The position numbers and the translations under genes are program-made. Below are positions 7,889 through 16,708 of a DNA stretch of 64,000 bases, one piece after another (position 1 is the first letter of the stretch; each line of letters begins with the position of its first letter). Location of the stretch: NCBI GenBank assembly GCA_017551725.1, contig JAFZKY010000021.1, positions 2,547-66,546 on the forward strand, written 5' to 3'. Origin of the DNA: Bacteroidales bacterium. Its GTDB lineage: Bacteria > Bacteroidota > Bacteroidia > Bacteroidales > WCHB1-69. A model generated the notes under the pieces. It did no database searches. It had not been told where the DNA came from and worked only from the letters and a program-made list of their open reading frames with translations.

Positions 7889-9148
7889 TTAAAGCGCCAT
7901 GTTGGGAATCTCGTGGTCGTAGTCGCCCTTGGCCAGACGCTCCTTGATGTCGCGGAAGGCATCCAGGGTGCGGTCCACATCCTCGATGCTGTGCGCGGCG
8001 GTGGGGATGACGCGGAAGATCAACATTCCGGGAGGAATGACCGGGTAGGTGACGATGGAACAGAAGATGTTGTAGTTCTCGCGCAGATCGACGGCGATGT
8101 TGGTGGCCTGGTTCACGCCGCATTTCAGATGCACGGGCGTGACGCATGCCTCCGCGGGACCGATCTCGTAGCCGAGGTCGCGGAAGCCCTTCTGGAGCCG
8201 GCGGGTAACCTCCCACAGGTGGGCACGACGGGCATCGCCTTCGGCACTGCGGATGATCTCCAGACGTTTCAGACAGCCTTCCACGATGGGCATGGGCAGC
8301 GATTTGGCGTACATCTGCGAACGCATGTTGTATTTCAGATAGTCGATGATGGCCTTCTCCGTGGCGACGAAACCGCCGATGGTGGCCATGGACTTGGCGT
8401 AGGCGCCGATGTAGATGTCGATGTCGTCCATCACGCCGAAATGCTCGGAGGTGCCGCGTCCGTTGGGACCCATCACGCCGAAGCCGTGTGCATCGTCGAT
8501 GAGGATGCGGAATTTGTATTTTTTCTTCAGGGCAGCAATCTGGTCCAGGATGCCCAGCGCGCCCGTCATGCCGAAGACGCCTTCGGTGATGAGCAATACG
8601 CCGCCGCCGTTCTGGTCAGCCACCTCGGTGGCATGGGCCAACACGCGGTCGCAGTCCTCGATGTTGTTATGGCGGAATTTGTACTTGTGGCCCAGATGCA
8701 GACGGATGCCGTCCAGCAGGCAGGCGTGCGCTTCCGCGTCATACACGATGACGTCGTGGCGGTTCACCAAGGAGTCGATGGTGGAAAAGATGCCCTGATA
8801 GCCGAAGTTGAACTCGAAGGCGGCCTCTTTGTGCTCGAAGTCGGCGAGTTCACGCTCCAACTTTTCATGCAGAGCCGTTTGCCCCGTCATCATGCGGCTC
8901 CCCATCGGGTAGGCCATGCCCCAGCGGGCCGCAGCCTCCGCGTCGGTCTTTCTGACCTCCGGGTGGTTGGCGAGACCCAGATAGTTGTTGAGGCTCCAGC
9001 AGAGCACTTCCTTGCCGTTGAAACGCATGTGCGGACCCAATTCGCCTTCCAGTTTCGGAAAGGTGAAATAACCTTCCGCTTTATCACGGTATTGTCCGAT
9101 AGGACCGCCCGTGGATTGTTTGATTCTTTCGAAAATGTCTTTTTGCAT
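7889..9148 (-). CDS. Alpha-oxoamine synthase family PLP enzyme, cysteate acyl-ACP transferase (SulA/CapB-like)
   Basis: N-terminus DIFERI..GGPIGQY...GYF.FPKLEGE.GPHM.F.GK..L.WSLNNYLGLANHPEVRK as recalled for Alistipes SulA. DDAHGFG and AKS PLP motifs. Shares an operon with cysteate synthase. Confidence 0.85.
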   Translation of the reverse strand: MQKDIFERIKQSTGGPIGQYRDKAEGYFTFPKLEGELGPHMRFNGKEVLCWSLNNYLGLANHPEVRKTDAEAAARWGMAYPMGSRMMTGQTALHEKLERELADFEHKEAAFEFNFGYQGIFSTIDSLVNRHDVIVYDAEAHACLLDGIRLHLGHKYKFRHNNIEDCDRVLAHATEVADQNGGGVLLITEGVFGMTGALGILDQIAALKKKYKFRILIDDAHGFGVMGPNGRGTSEHFGVMDDIDIYIGAYAKSMATIGGFVATEKAIIDYLKYNMRSQMYAKSLPMPIVEGCLKRLEIIRSAEGDARRAHLWEVTRRLQKGFRDLGYEIGPAEACVTPVHLKCGVNQATNIAVDLRENYNIFCSIVTYPVIPPGMLIFRVIPTAAHSIEDVDRTLDAFRDIKERLAKGDYDHEIPNMAL

Positions 9149-9171
9149 AATGGTATAAATGTGATTGTTAA

Positions 9172-10257
9172 TTAATTGTCGGATTTGCTGACCTTCTCGC
9201 GGGACACTAAGCCCATGGCCTTGAACAGGAATTTGGGCAGGGGCTTCTCCCGTTTCCGGTTGATGAGGTCGATGAACCAGCCCAGCTTCTTGATGACGGG
9301 AATCTTGTGGGTCTCCACAAATTCTATCAGGGTGCCGTCCGGGTCTTCAATGTAGGTGAAATGGCCGGAGGCATCGCCCATGTCGAAGACCTCGTTGTCG
9401 GGACAGCTGTCCACGGTGAACGGATGGCCTTTGGAGGCGCAGAACTCGCCCAGTTTTTTCATGTTGGTGATGTCGAAGCAGAGTTGGATGAACCCCGGGT
9501 CGCCCCAGTAACGTCCTTCGTAGATTTTACGAGGCGTACGGTCTAATGCCTGCACCAGTTCGATGCTGCCTTTCGGCATAAGCTCGGACAACGGTCCTTT
9601 GGGCTTGGAGGGGTCTTTGAGCAGCACGCGGCGGTACTGTTCGCCGGAGCCGGGCATGATCTGCCAGTCGTCAAAGGTCCCCGTCTTGTCGTATATCACT
9701 TGTTCGTAGCCCAGCACTTCACGGTAAAAACGCACGGAGGCGTCCATGTCGGTAACCCCGATGACGGCACCTGATACGCCGCCGGTAAGACAGTTCTGCT
9801 CAATGAAGATGTCGGGCTGCTCCACCACCTGGAGGCAGTTGCCGTACAAGTCACGGAGATATAGACAGGGCGTGCCGTCGGGCAGGGCGGATACTGCACC
9901 GCAATCCTGCCATTTCGAGGAGGCGTATTGGTAAAAGGCTTTCACGTCGCGGCATTTGATCCTGGCGGCGAAGATGCCCAGGTCGCCCACGGCAATGTCA
10001 AAGGCCACGGGCACGGGCGTGCGCTCGCTGTATTGCCAGATCTCCAGCCCGCCGCCGCCTTGCAGGTTCACGGCGATGCAGGCATGCCGCTTCTGCGGCT
10101 GGTTGCCGGTGTAGGGAAGCATTCGCTCCGCCACGGTGTCGTCTTCCAAAATTTTGATGTCCACACCGAACATGTCGATATACCAATCCCATGATTTTCG
10201 CATGTTCACCGTGCCAACACCAATTTGTTGAATGCCAGAAATAAAAAAATTATCCAT
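9172..10257 (-). CDS. VOC (glyoxalase-like) superfamily protein, duplicated domains
   Basis: GIQQIGVG...WY..MFG, DLYGNCLQVV, FYREVLGY and YIEDPDGTLIEFVE VOC motifs. First gene of the operon. Confidence 0.8.
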   Translation of the reverse strand: MDNFFISGIQQIGVGTVNMRKSWDWYIDMFGVDIKILEDDTVAERMLPYTGNQPQKRHACIAVNLQGGGGLEIWQYSERTPVPVAFDIAVGDLGIFAARIKCRDVKAFYQYASSKWQDCGAVSALPDGTPCLYLRDLYGNCLQVVEQPDIFIEQNCLTGGVSGAVIGVTDMDASVRFYREVLGYEQVIYDKTGTFDDWQIMPGSGEQYRRVLLKDPSKPKGPLSELMPKGSIELVQALDRTPRKIYEGRYWGDPGFIQLCFDITNMKKLGEFCASKGHPFTVDSCPDNEVFDMGDASGHFTYIEDPDGTLIEFVETHKIPVIKKLGWFIDLINRKREKPLPKFLFKAMGLVSREKVSKSDN

Positions 10258-10289
10258 AAATGGTAAATGCTTTTACTAATTTTAGGCTG

Positions 10290-10297
10290 CAAAGATA
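10290..10297 (-). promoter_or_regulatory. Bacteroidota sigmaA -7 element (TATCTTTG) for the VOC-sulfonolipid-Hdr operon
   Basis: Reverse complement of caaagata matches TAnnTTTG, ~33 nt upstream of the VOC start codon. Confidence 0.65.
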
Positions 10298-10377
10298 GCA
10301 AAAGATATAGCTATCTCGGAAAAATAAGGTGGAATAATGTGTGGAATTGTCTATTTTTAATAATAAGATATTGAAAA

Positions 10378-11172
10378 TCAGAGTATTCTCTTGATGATTC
10401 TCAAGGTGTGGGTGTAGCGTCCCAGCGATTGGTTGAAGATGCCGTTTTCGTCTAGGGTGTTGATTTGGACATGCCCGGAGGCGTGGATGATCTGCTGGTG
10501 CCCGCACACGATGCCCGTGTGAACGATATGGCCTTCGTCGTTGGCAAAGAAGGCCACGTCGCCGATTTGGGCTTCTTCCACAAAATCCACCACCTCGCCG
10601 TGGTTGATTTGCTGGGATGCGTCGCGGGGCAGGTTGATGCCCAGACTGCGGAAGACCATCTGCACGAAGCCGGAGCAGTCGATGCCGGCAGGCGTGCGTC
10701 CGCCCCAAAGGTAGGGGGCGTTGAGGTAGTGGAAGGCGAAGGCCAGCAAGTCGTCCTGTTGAGGGGTGAGGCCTTCATGACGCGGTGTGGGGGAGGACTC
10801 GGGCAGTTCCACGGTGAACGCGTGCCCGCCTAACACGAAGCGGCCCTCTTCCGGCATGGGAAAAGAACTTCCGATGCATACCGGGAAGGCGATGTGGGTG
10901 GCCGCATTGCGCACATACAGGAACGTGTCGCGCACAAAATAACGGGGTGCGTGCTGGAGTTCATTCAGCTCATCTTCCGTCAGTGGCGTGTGCTGTTTTT
11001 TTTGCAGCCAGCCTTCGTAACTACAGTCGTGGGTGGTGATTTTGAGCCATTCGTCGGCACACTCCACAACAGAATAGGTCTCGCCAAACAGCAGTTGGGA
11101 AACCATTTCGGCACGGTGGGACGCCTCAGCCCGCAGGGCCACCGACATCCAGGTGCATACACCATGTTCCAT
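10378..11172 (-). CDS. NlpC/P60 (C40) peptidoglycan peptidase with N-terminal SH3
   Basis: EMVSQLLFGE SH3 region, PYLWGG..GIDCSG, LPRDASQQ and HTGI...IIHAS motifs. Confidence 0.92.
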   Translation of the reverse strand: MEHGVCTWMSVALRAEASHRAEMVSQLLFGETYSVVECADEWLKITTHDCSYEGWLQKKQHTPLTEDELNELQHAPRYFVRDTFLYVRNAATHIAFPVCIGSSFPMPEEGRFVLGGHAFTVELPESSPTPRHEGLTPQQDDLLAFAFHYLNAPYLWGGRTPAGIDCSGFVQMVFRSLGINLPRDASQQINHGEVVDFVEEAQIGDVAFFANDEGHIVHTGIVCGHQQIIHASGHVQINTLDENGIFNQSLGRYTHTLRIIKRIL

Positions 11173-11210
11173 AATTCCGGATTTAATAAAACAATATCCG
11201 ACGACAGGCC

Positions 11211-11654
11211 TTAGAACGGCAGGTCGTCGCCCACACCGTTGTCAGTGAAGGTATCACCCGCCGGCTCCAGGTCAGGCAGTGTGTTGATAGGATTCACCGT
11301 GTGTTGCGGAGCGGGGTTGAAGTTGGGTTGGGCAGGGTAGGGGAATTCTCCGCCTTGGGGAGGCATGGTGCCACCCACTTGGGGACGTTCCAGTTTCCAG
11401 GCTTTGACATCCGTGTACCATCTTCCATTGAACTCCCTGGATTCCAAGTCAAAGGAGACTTTTACCAAGTCGCCGATGTTGTACTGGTTGAGCTGGTCAA
11501 TCTTGTCGCCCCAGAGGTTGGCGCATATTTTTCTCGGATATTGGTCTTCGGTTTCAATGACAAATTCCTGTTTCTGCCAGGTGTTGCCTTTGGCGCTGGT
11601 TCCACCCACAGGTTGCATTTTCTGGATTAACTTTCCTGTTATTTCTAATGACAT
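11211..11654 (-). CDS. DUF3127 OB-fold (SSB-like) protein
   Basis: WQKQEFVIET..QYP.K, SREFNGRWYT and an acidic DDLPF tail. Confidence 0.88.
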   Translation of the reverse strand: MSLEITGKLIQKMQPVGGTSAKGNTWQKQEFVIETEDQYPRKICANLWGDKIDQLNQYNIGDLVKVSFDLESREFNGRWYTDVKAWKLERPQVGGTMPPQGGEFPYPAQPNFNPAPQHTVNPINTLPDLEPAGDTFTDNGVGDDLPF

Positions 11655-11675
11655 CTTGTTAAATGTAAATGTGTG

Positions 11676-12665
11676 TTATTGTGAATCTTTTTTCTTGTCT
11701 TTTTTGCCAAAAACGGTGACGTTGATGTATTTGGAGGGATGGGCCTTGAGATCTTTCACGAGTTCGTTGAGGCTTTCCAATGTTTTGCTGACGTTGTAAT
11801 AGAGGGTGTCGTTGTTGAGCAGTTGGCCGGCGGTGCCCTCGCCCGATTCCAGCTTGGCGGTGATGGCGTTGACGTTGGCCATGGTCTTTCCGGCGTCGTT
11901 CATCAGGGCGTTGATGTTGGCTTTCGCCAGCGAGTCGGAGATGTGGTCGAGGTTCTGGATGATGGCGTTGATTTGCGGTGAGGCGTCGCTCAGCGTGTTG
12001 CTTAACGTGCTCAGCTTGTTGACGATGTCGTTGACGGAGCTTTCGTTAGCGGCGAGGATGCGGTTGAGGTGGCGGGTGGAGGCTTCGAGGTTCACGAGGG
12101 TGGCTTTCAGCATGAGGGCGCCGTTCTCGTCGTCGGTCGGAAGGAAGGCCGTCTTGACGGTTTGGCCGATGGTATCTACGGAGGCCATGACGCTGTGAAG
12201 CTGCACCAGGATGTCGTCCAGGCCGTCCAACATGCCGCCCGCCACTGAGCAGGCTAGCGTGTCGCCGCTGCGGGCCATCTTGGACGAGGTGCCCAGCAGG
12301 AGGTTGACGCCGGTGCCGCCCAGCACGTCCGTCTGCACTACCTCAAGGCGCGAGTCCGACGGGATATCCACGTTTTCCGTGACGAGGATTTTGGCACAGA
12401 TGCGCACGGGTCGGGAACTCAGCATGGTGATCTGGCTCACCTTCCCGATGGGGAACCCGTTCAGGGAGACGGTGGTGCTTTCATGCAGGCTGCCGATGTT
12501 GTCGAAAACGGCGTAGTAGTAGGTCTTTTTGCCGAAAACGTTGATGCCTTTCAGAAGGCTGGCGCCGAAATAGAACACGATCATGGCCGTAATGCAGAAG
12601 ATGGCCACTTTCATGTTGCGGATGTTTTTCTCCGAGTATTCTTGTTTGTCTTTCTTATCGCTCAT
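11676..12665 (-). CDS. MlaD/MCE family protein
   Basis: N-terminal TM helix, MCE domain (V.LNGFPIGKV), helical region, GTAGQLLNNDTLY...DLKAHPSKYINVTVFG end. Confidence 0.9.
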   Translation of the reverse strand: MSDKKDKQEYSEKNIRNMKVAIFCITAMIVFYFGASLLKGINVFGKKTYYYAVFDNIGSLHESTTVSLNGFPIGKVSQITMLSSRPVRICAKILVTENVDIPSDSRLEVVQTDVLGGTGVNLLLGTSSKMARSGDTLACSVAGGMLDGLDDILVQLHSVMASVDTIGQTVKTAFLPTDDENGALMLKATLVNLEASTRHLNRILAANESSVNDIVNKLSTLSNTLSDASPQINAIIQNLDHISDSLAKANINALMNDAGKTMANVNAITAKLESGEGTAGQLLNNDTLYYNVSKTLESLNELVKDLKAHPSKYINVTVFGKKDKKKDSQ

Positions 12666-12692
12666 GCGGCATGTTTTGGAGGCGCAAAAATA

Positions 12693-13892
12693 TCATTTTT
12701 TCAGTAATCTCAAAGCCTCCTGCTCGCTTATTTTTTTGCCGTTTTGGAAACCGATGACAAAAGCGTCCGGGAATTTGCGCTTCACCTCGGTGAGGATCTC
12801 GCGGATGGCTGTGTGGGAGGTTTCGTTGCCGGCGGTGTATTTCCAGAGGTTGTTTTCAAAAAAGCGGTCCACGCCGGGCAGGTTGCGGAAACGGCTGTCG
12901 GTGAGGGGGAGTTTTTCCGGCGAGGCCAGGAACTGCACCTTGAAGCGGATGACGTTGCTGTCGGGGACCACCTCGTTGGCGATGGCTTGCAGCTTTTCCG
13001 GTGTCTCCGGCTTGGGCGTGACCGTTCCGGTGGGCACGTTTTCCTTCGGAAGGTCCTCTTTCACGGTCCCAGGTTTCGGGGTGGCGGGCGTGACGGCCTC
13101 GTGCGCGTGCGGCTGGCTGTTGGTGACGGCGGCCAGATAGTCCACGAAGGCGTTGTAGATGCTGGCGGCCTCCTTCTTGCGGTTTTCCGTCGAGGCCAGG
13201 AAGGCTTCGTCGTTTTTGTTGCTCAGGAAGCCCATCTCGATGAGGATGCTGGGCATGGCCACCTTGTAGAGCACCCAGAATCCGGCCTGCTTCACGCCAC
13301 GGTTGACGAGATGTGTGCTGTTGATGAGGTTTTTCTGTACCTTGTCGGCCAGCATGACGGAGTTTTTCAGGTAGGCGGATGAATATAGGGAGAAGAGCAC
13401 GTTGGCTTCCGGCGAGTTGGGGTCGAAGCCGTCGTAGTTGTTCTTGTAGTTCTTCTCTTTCAACATGGCTGCGTTCTCGGCGCGCGCCACCGCCTGGTTG
13501 GCCTCGCTCTTGTGCAGGCCCATCACCCACGTCTCGATGCCATTGCCGATGTGGTCCTCCGAAGCGTTGCAGTGGAACGAGATGAACAAGTCGGCATGTT
13601 CAGAGTTCGCGATCTGCGCCCGGCGGTACAACTCGACGAATACGTCCGTTTTGCGGGTGTAGATCACCTTCACCTCCGGACAATGTTCGCTGATGAGCTT
13701 GCCCACCATGAGGGCTATGTCCAGGCTTACGTCTTTTTCCTTCAGATGGCTGCCCAGACAGCCGGAGTCGTGCCCCCCGTGTCCTGCGTCAATCACCACT
13801 TTGAAGGTCTTCTCCTGCGCCACCATGCTTAGGGGTGAGAAGAGAAAAAGTAAGAGGGCATATACGAATATCTGTTTTTTGAAGTTCATCAT
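12693..13892 (-). CDS. N-acetylmuramoyl-L-alanine amidase (Amidase_3)
   Basis: VVIDAGHGGHD, ADLFISFHCNA and MPSILIEMGFLSN motifs, with a C-terminal SPOR-like region. Confidence 0.93.
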   Translation of the reverse strand: MMNFKKQIFVYALLLFLFSPLSMVAQEKTFKVVIDAGHGGHDSGCLGSHLKEKDVSLDIALMVGKLISEHCPEVKVIYTRKTDVFVELYRRAQIANSEHADLFISFHCNASEDHIGNGIETWVMGLHKSEANQAVARAENAAMLKEKNYKNNYDGFDPNSPEANVLFSLYSSAYLKNSVMLADKVQKNLINSTHLVNRGVKQAGFWVLYKVAMPSILIEMGFLSNKNDEAFLASTENRKKEAASIYNAFVDYLAAVTNSQPHAHEAVTPATPKPGTVKEDLPKENVPTGTVTPKPETPEKLQAIANEVVPDSNVIRFKVQFLASPEKLPLTDSRFRNLPGVDRFFENNLWKYTAGNETSHTAIREILTEVKRKFPDAFVIGFQNGKKISEQEALRLLKK

Positions 13893-14016
13893 TTTGAAGA
13901 TTTTGATTATTTTTGCCGATTTTAAAATCGCAAAGGTACTTTATATTGTATTTATTATAACGGGTTTGTCAGAAAAATTATACACAATAGTTTTTTCATA
14001 TTTCGGGAGATTGATT

Positions 14017-16569
14017 ATGCTCTTCATTTTCAGTCTCTTGTCTATGATTTCGACAGCCCAGGGCGTGCGAGGGCGAAGGCCTGTTAGACAAACGCAGGAC
14101 ACGTCGGTTTATTTTCAGCAGCCAGTACGACAGGATTCAATTGTGCGCGATTCCGTCGTCAAGCATCCCAAGCGTATATCCTCCAATGCGGTGAAGTCCA
14201 TCGTCTTCTACAGCGCCAAGGACTCCACCGTCAATGACCTGAACCGCCGCTATACTTATCTCTTCGGGGATGCGGTGGTGAAATACGAAGACTTGGAACT
14301 CCGCGCCGATTACATAGAGATTGATTTCAAAAACAATGAGTTGTATGCTTCCGGCGTGTCCGACAGCAATGGCGTAATACACGGAAGTCCGCTTTTCATC
14401 CAGGGAGAATCCAGATATCGAGCCCACGAGATCAAGTACAATTTTTCCACCCAGAAGGGCAAAATCACGCACGTGATCACCACGCAGGACGAGGGTTTCA
14501 TTCACGGGGAACAGATCAAGAAAATGGGCGACAATGTGGCCTTCCTCAAGGATGGCAAATACACGACCTGTGAGCTGGACCATCCTCATTATGAGATTGA
14601 TTTCACAAAGGCCAAGCTGATCCAGCACGACAAGATCGTCATCGGGCCGGCCTACCTGAGCTTCACGGGGGTGCCCACGCCGCTGGCGGTGCCGTTCGGT
14701 TTCTTCCCGCTGGACAAGGGCCGACGCTCCGGCTTTGTGATGCCCTCTTTCGGACAGTCCACCAACCTTGGCTTCTACCTTCAGGATTTAGGCTATTATT
14801 TCGCCATCAGCGACAACCTCGACCTGCTCCTCGGGGCCGATGTCTATACCCGAGGCAGCTGGGGCATCAAGGCGAAGTCCAACTACGTGTTCCGCTACAT
14901 CTGTTCCGGCAACGTGCATCTGGAGTTTGCCCAGACCCGCACCGGCGACAAGCTGGATTCCTCGTACCGTTGTTCCAACAATTTCAAAATCTATTGGGAT
15001 CACAAGCAGGACATCAAATCCCATCCCACCACTCGTTTCAATGCCCATATCGATGTTGTCAGCTCTAATTACGCCAAATACAACATCACTTCGGCACAGG
15101 ATTATCTCTCTAACCAATATACCTCTTCCATCAACGTGTCCACCTCGGCGCGCGACATCTTCTTCGTGGATGCCACGCTTTCCTATTCGCAGAATACGAG
15201 AACGCGGGACGTGAACCTCAAGTTGCCGGATTTGAACATGTCGGTGGTGCAATTTTACCCGTTCCGGAAGAAAAACAAGGCGGGCACGCTGAAATGGTAC
15301 GACAACATTTCGATGAAATGGACTTCCCAGTTCACCGGACAGGTTGACACCTACGACACGCTTTTCCTGAAACCCGAGACGTGGGAGACGCTCAATGTGG
15401 GTATGCGCCATGTCATCCCACTCACCATCCCCATCAAGATTGCGAAGCGCATCAACTGGAACACAACTGCCACGCTGACAGAAAAATGGTATCTGCAGTC
15501 CTATACCCGTGACATGTCTGTTGACACGCTGGATGATATACCCACTGTGAAATACAACCAATATTTCCATCGGGGGTTCAAGATGTTGCACGATGTGAAT
15601 GTCTCTTCGTCGTTCACCACGAAGATATACGTCATGTACAGTTTCAAGAAGGGAGGTTTGCAGGCCATCCGCCACATCATTACTCCAAATTTGAATTTTA
15701 CTTATCGTCCAAACCTCTCTGGTGGCACTACAGCCCGCTACTTCAACCCGATCACGGGCGAGCAGGTCGAATATTCTATGTTCGACAATGCCATCTTCGG
15801 GGGGGTCACGTCGCAGACGCAGGCATTGGCGCAGCTCTCCTTCGGTAACAACGTGGAAATCAAGGTGCGTTCGCGCAAGGACACGATCACGGGTTACAAG
15901 AAGGTGCCGCTGATCGATAACCTGAATGTGAGTATGTACTATAACTTCGCCGCCGACTCGTTGCGCTGGTCAAAACTGACTCTCAATGGTCGGAGCACGC
16001 TCTTCAAGCAACTTTACCTGACCTACAATTTTGCCTTCGACCCATACGTCATCGGGGAGAACGGCAACAGGGTTAACCGCTTCGAAGTCAAGGAGAACCA
16101 CCGTCTGTTCCGCCTGTCGTCCACCGATTTCAGTCTGGCTCTCAATTGGCGGCTGGACCAGAATACCTTCAAATCGAAAAAGAAAAAAGAGGAGGTCAAG
16201 CGTCTGCCCTGGTCTTTGACGTTGAATTACACATTCACCTACGGCATCAATGACAATATATATTATTATATGCGGATGGACACCCTTCTCTACAAGCACA
16301 ACATGGTCCACACCATCAATGTGGTGGGGGATTTCCACATCACCAAGAAATGGCGGGTGGGCTTCACCACGGGGTACGACTTTGTGCAGAAGAAACTCTC
16401 CTACACCTCCATCGACATCCACCGCGACATGCACTGTTGGGAGATGAGCTTCAACTGGGTGCCTTTCGGATACCGCAAGGGATGGGCTTTCCAAGTCAAC
16501 GTCAAGGCTGCGGTGCTCAAGGATGTGCTTAAACTTCCGTTGCATCAGGATTATCGTGATAATCTGTAA
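14017..16569 (+). CDS. lptD: Putative LPS assembly protein LptD (Bacteroidota type)
   Basis: YSAKDS, GKYTTC...PHY, PLAVPFGFFP, beta-barrel C-terminus RDMHCWEMSFNWVPFG. Divergent from the amidase. Start uncertain (TTG at 13966 or ATG at 14017), and the ORF-track start at 13693 overlaps the amidase. Confidence 0.85.
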   Translation: MLFIFSLLSMISTAQGVRGRRPVRQTQDTSVYFQQPVRQDSIVRDSVVKHPKRISSNAVKSIVFYSAKDSTVNDLNRRYTYLFGDAVVKYEDLELRADYIEIDFKNNELYASGVSDSNGVIHGSPLFIQGESRYRAHEIKYNFSTQKGKITHVITTQDEGFIHGEQIKKMGDNVAFLKDGKYTTCELDHPHYEIDFTKAKLIQHDKIVIGPAYLSFTGVPTPLAVPFGFFPLDKGRRSGFVMPSFGQSTNLGFYLQDLGYYFAISDNLDLLLGADVYTRGSWGIKAKSNYVFRYICSGNVHLEFAQTRTGDKLDSSYRCSNNFKIYWDHKQDIKSHPTTRFNAHIDVVSSNYAKYNITSAQDYLSNQYTSSINVSTSARDIFFVDATLSYSQNTRTRDVNLKLPDLNMSVVQFYPFRKKNKAGTLKWYDNISMKWTSQFTGQVDTYDTLFLKPETWETLNVGMRHVIPLTIPIKIAKRINWNTTATLTEKWYLQSYTRDMSVDTLDDIPTVKYNQYFHRGFKMLHDVNVSSSFTTKIYVMYSFKKGGLQAIRHIITPNLNFTYRPNLSGGTTARYFNPITGEQVEYSMFDNAIFGGVTSQTQALAQLSFGNNVEIKVRSRKDTITGYKKVPLIDNLNVSMYYNFAADSLRWSKLTLNGRSTLFKQLYLTYNFAFDPYVIGENGNRVNRFEVKENHRLFRLSSTDFSLALNWRLDQNTFKSKKKKEEVKRLPWSLTLNYTFTYGINDNIYYYMRMDTLLYKHNMVHTINVVGDFHITKKWRVGFTTGYDFVQKKLSYTSIDIHRDMHCWEMSFNWVPFGYRKGWAFQVNVKAAVLKDVLKLPLHQDYRDNL

Positions 16570-16637
16570 GTTAGACCTCTTTTTTGTTATGTTGAAAAAA
16601 ACTGTTCGGGCAGGATGGTTTCATGCTACAATTTTTG

Positions 16638-16645
16638 TATATTTG
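16638..16645 (+). promoter_or_regulatory. -7 promoter element TATATTTG upstream of secDF
   Basis: Matches the Bacteroidota TAnnTTTG consensus in an AT-rich intergenic region. Confidence 0.6.
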
Positions 16646-16708
16646 CAACCTTGAAATTTTTATGTCGAATTTTATATAAATTATTAAAAATCAAATAAAT
16701 AAAAGAAG

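Noticed and set aside
7889-9148. Annotation as serine palmitoyltransferase or BioF
   Set aside because: Same family, but the N-terminal sequence resembles SulA and the operon contains cysteate synthase. Not formally excluded without an assay.
5399-9175. 1258-aa plus-strand ORF
   Set aside because: Antisense shadow of hdrB, hdrC, the SDR and the sulA-like gene. No motifs, and explained by GC-rich third codon positions suppressing stops.
13693-13965. N-terminal extension of the LptD ORF
   Set aside because: Overlaps the divergent amidase gene and its promoter elements (TATTTTTG at 13908; minus-strand TACCTTTG at 13931-13938). The real start is downstream.
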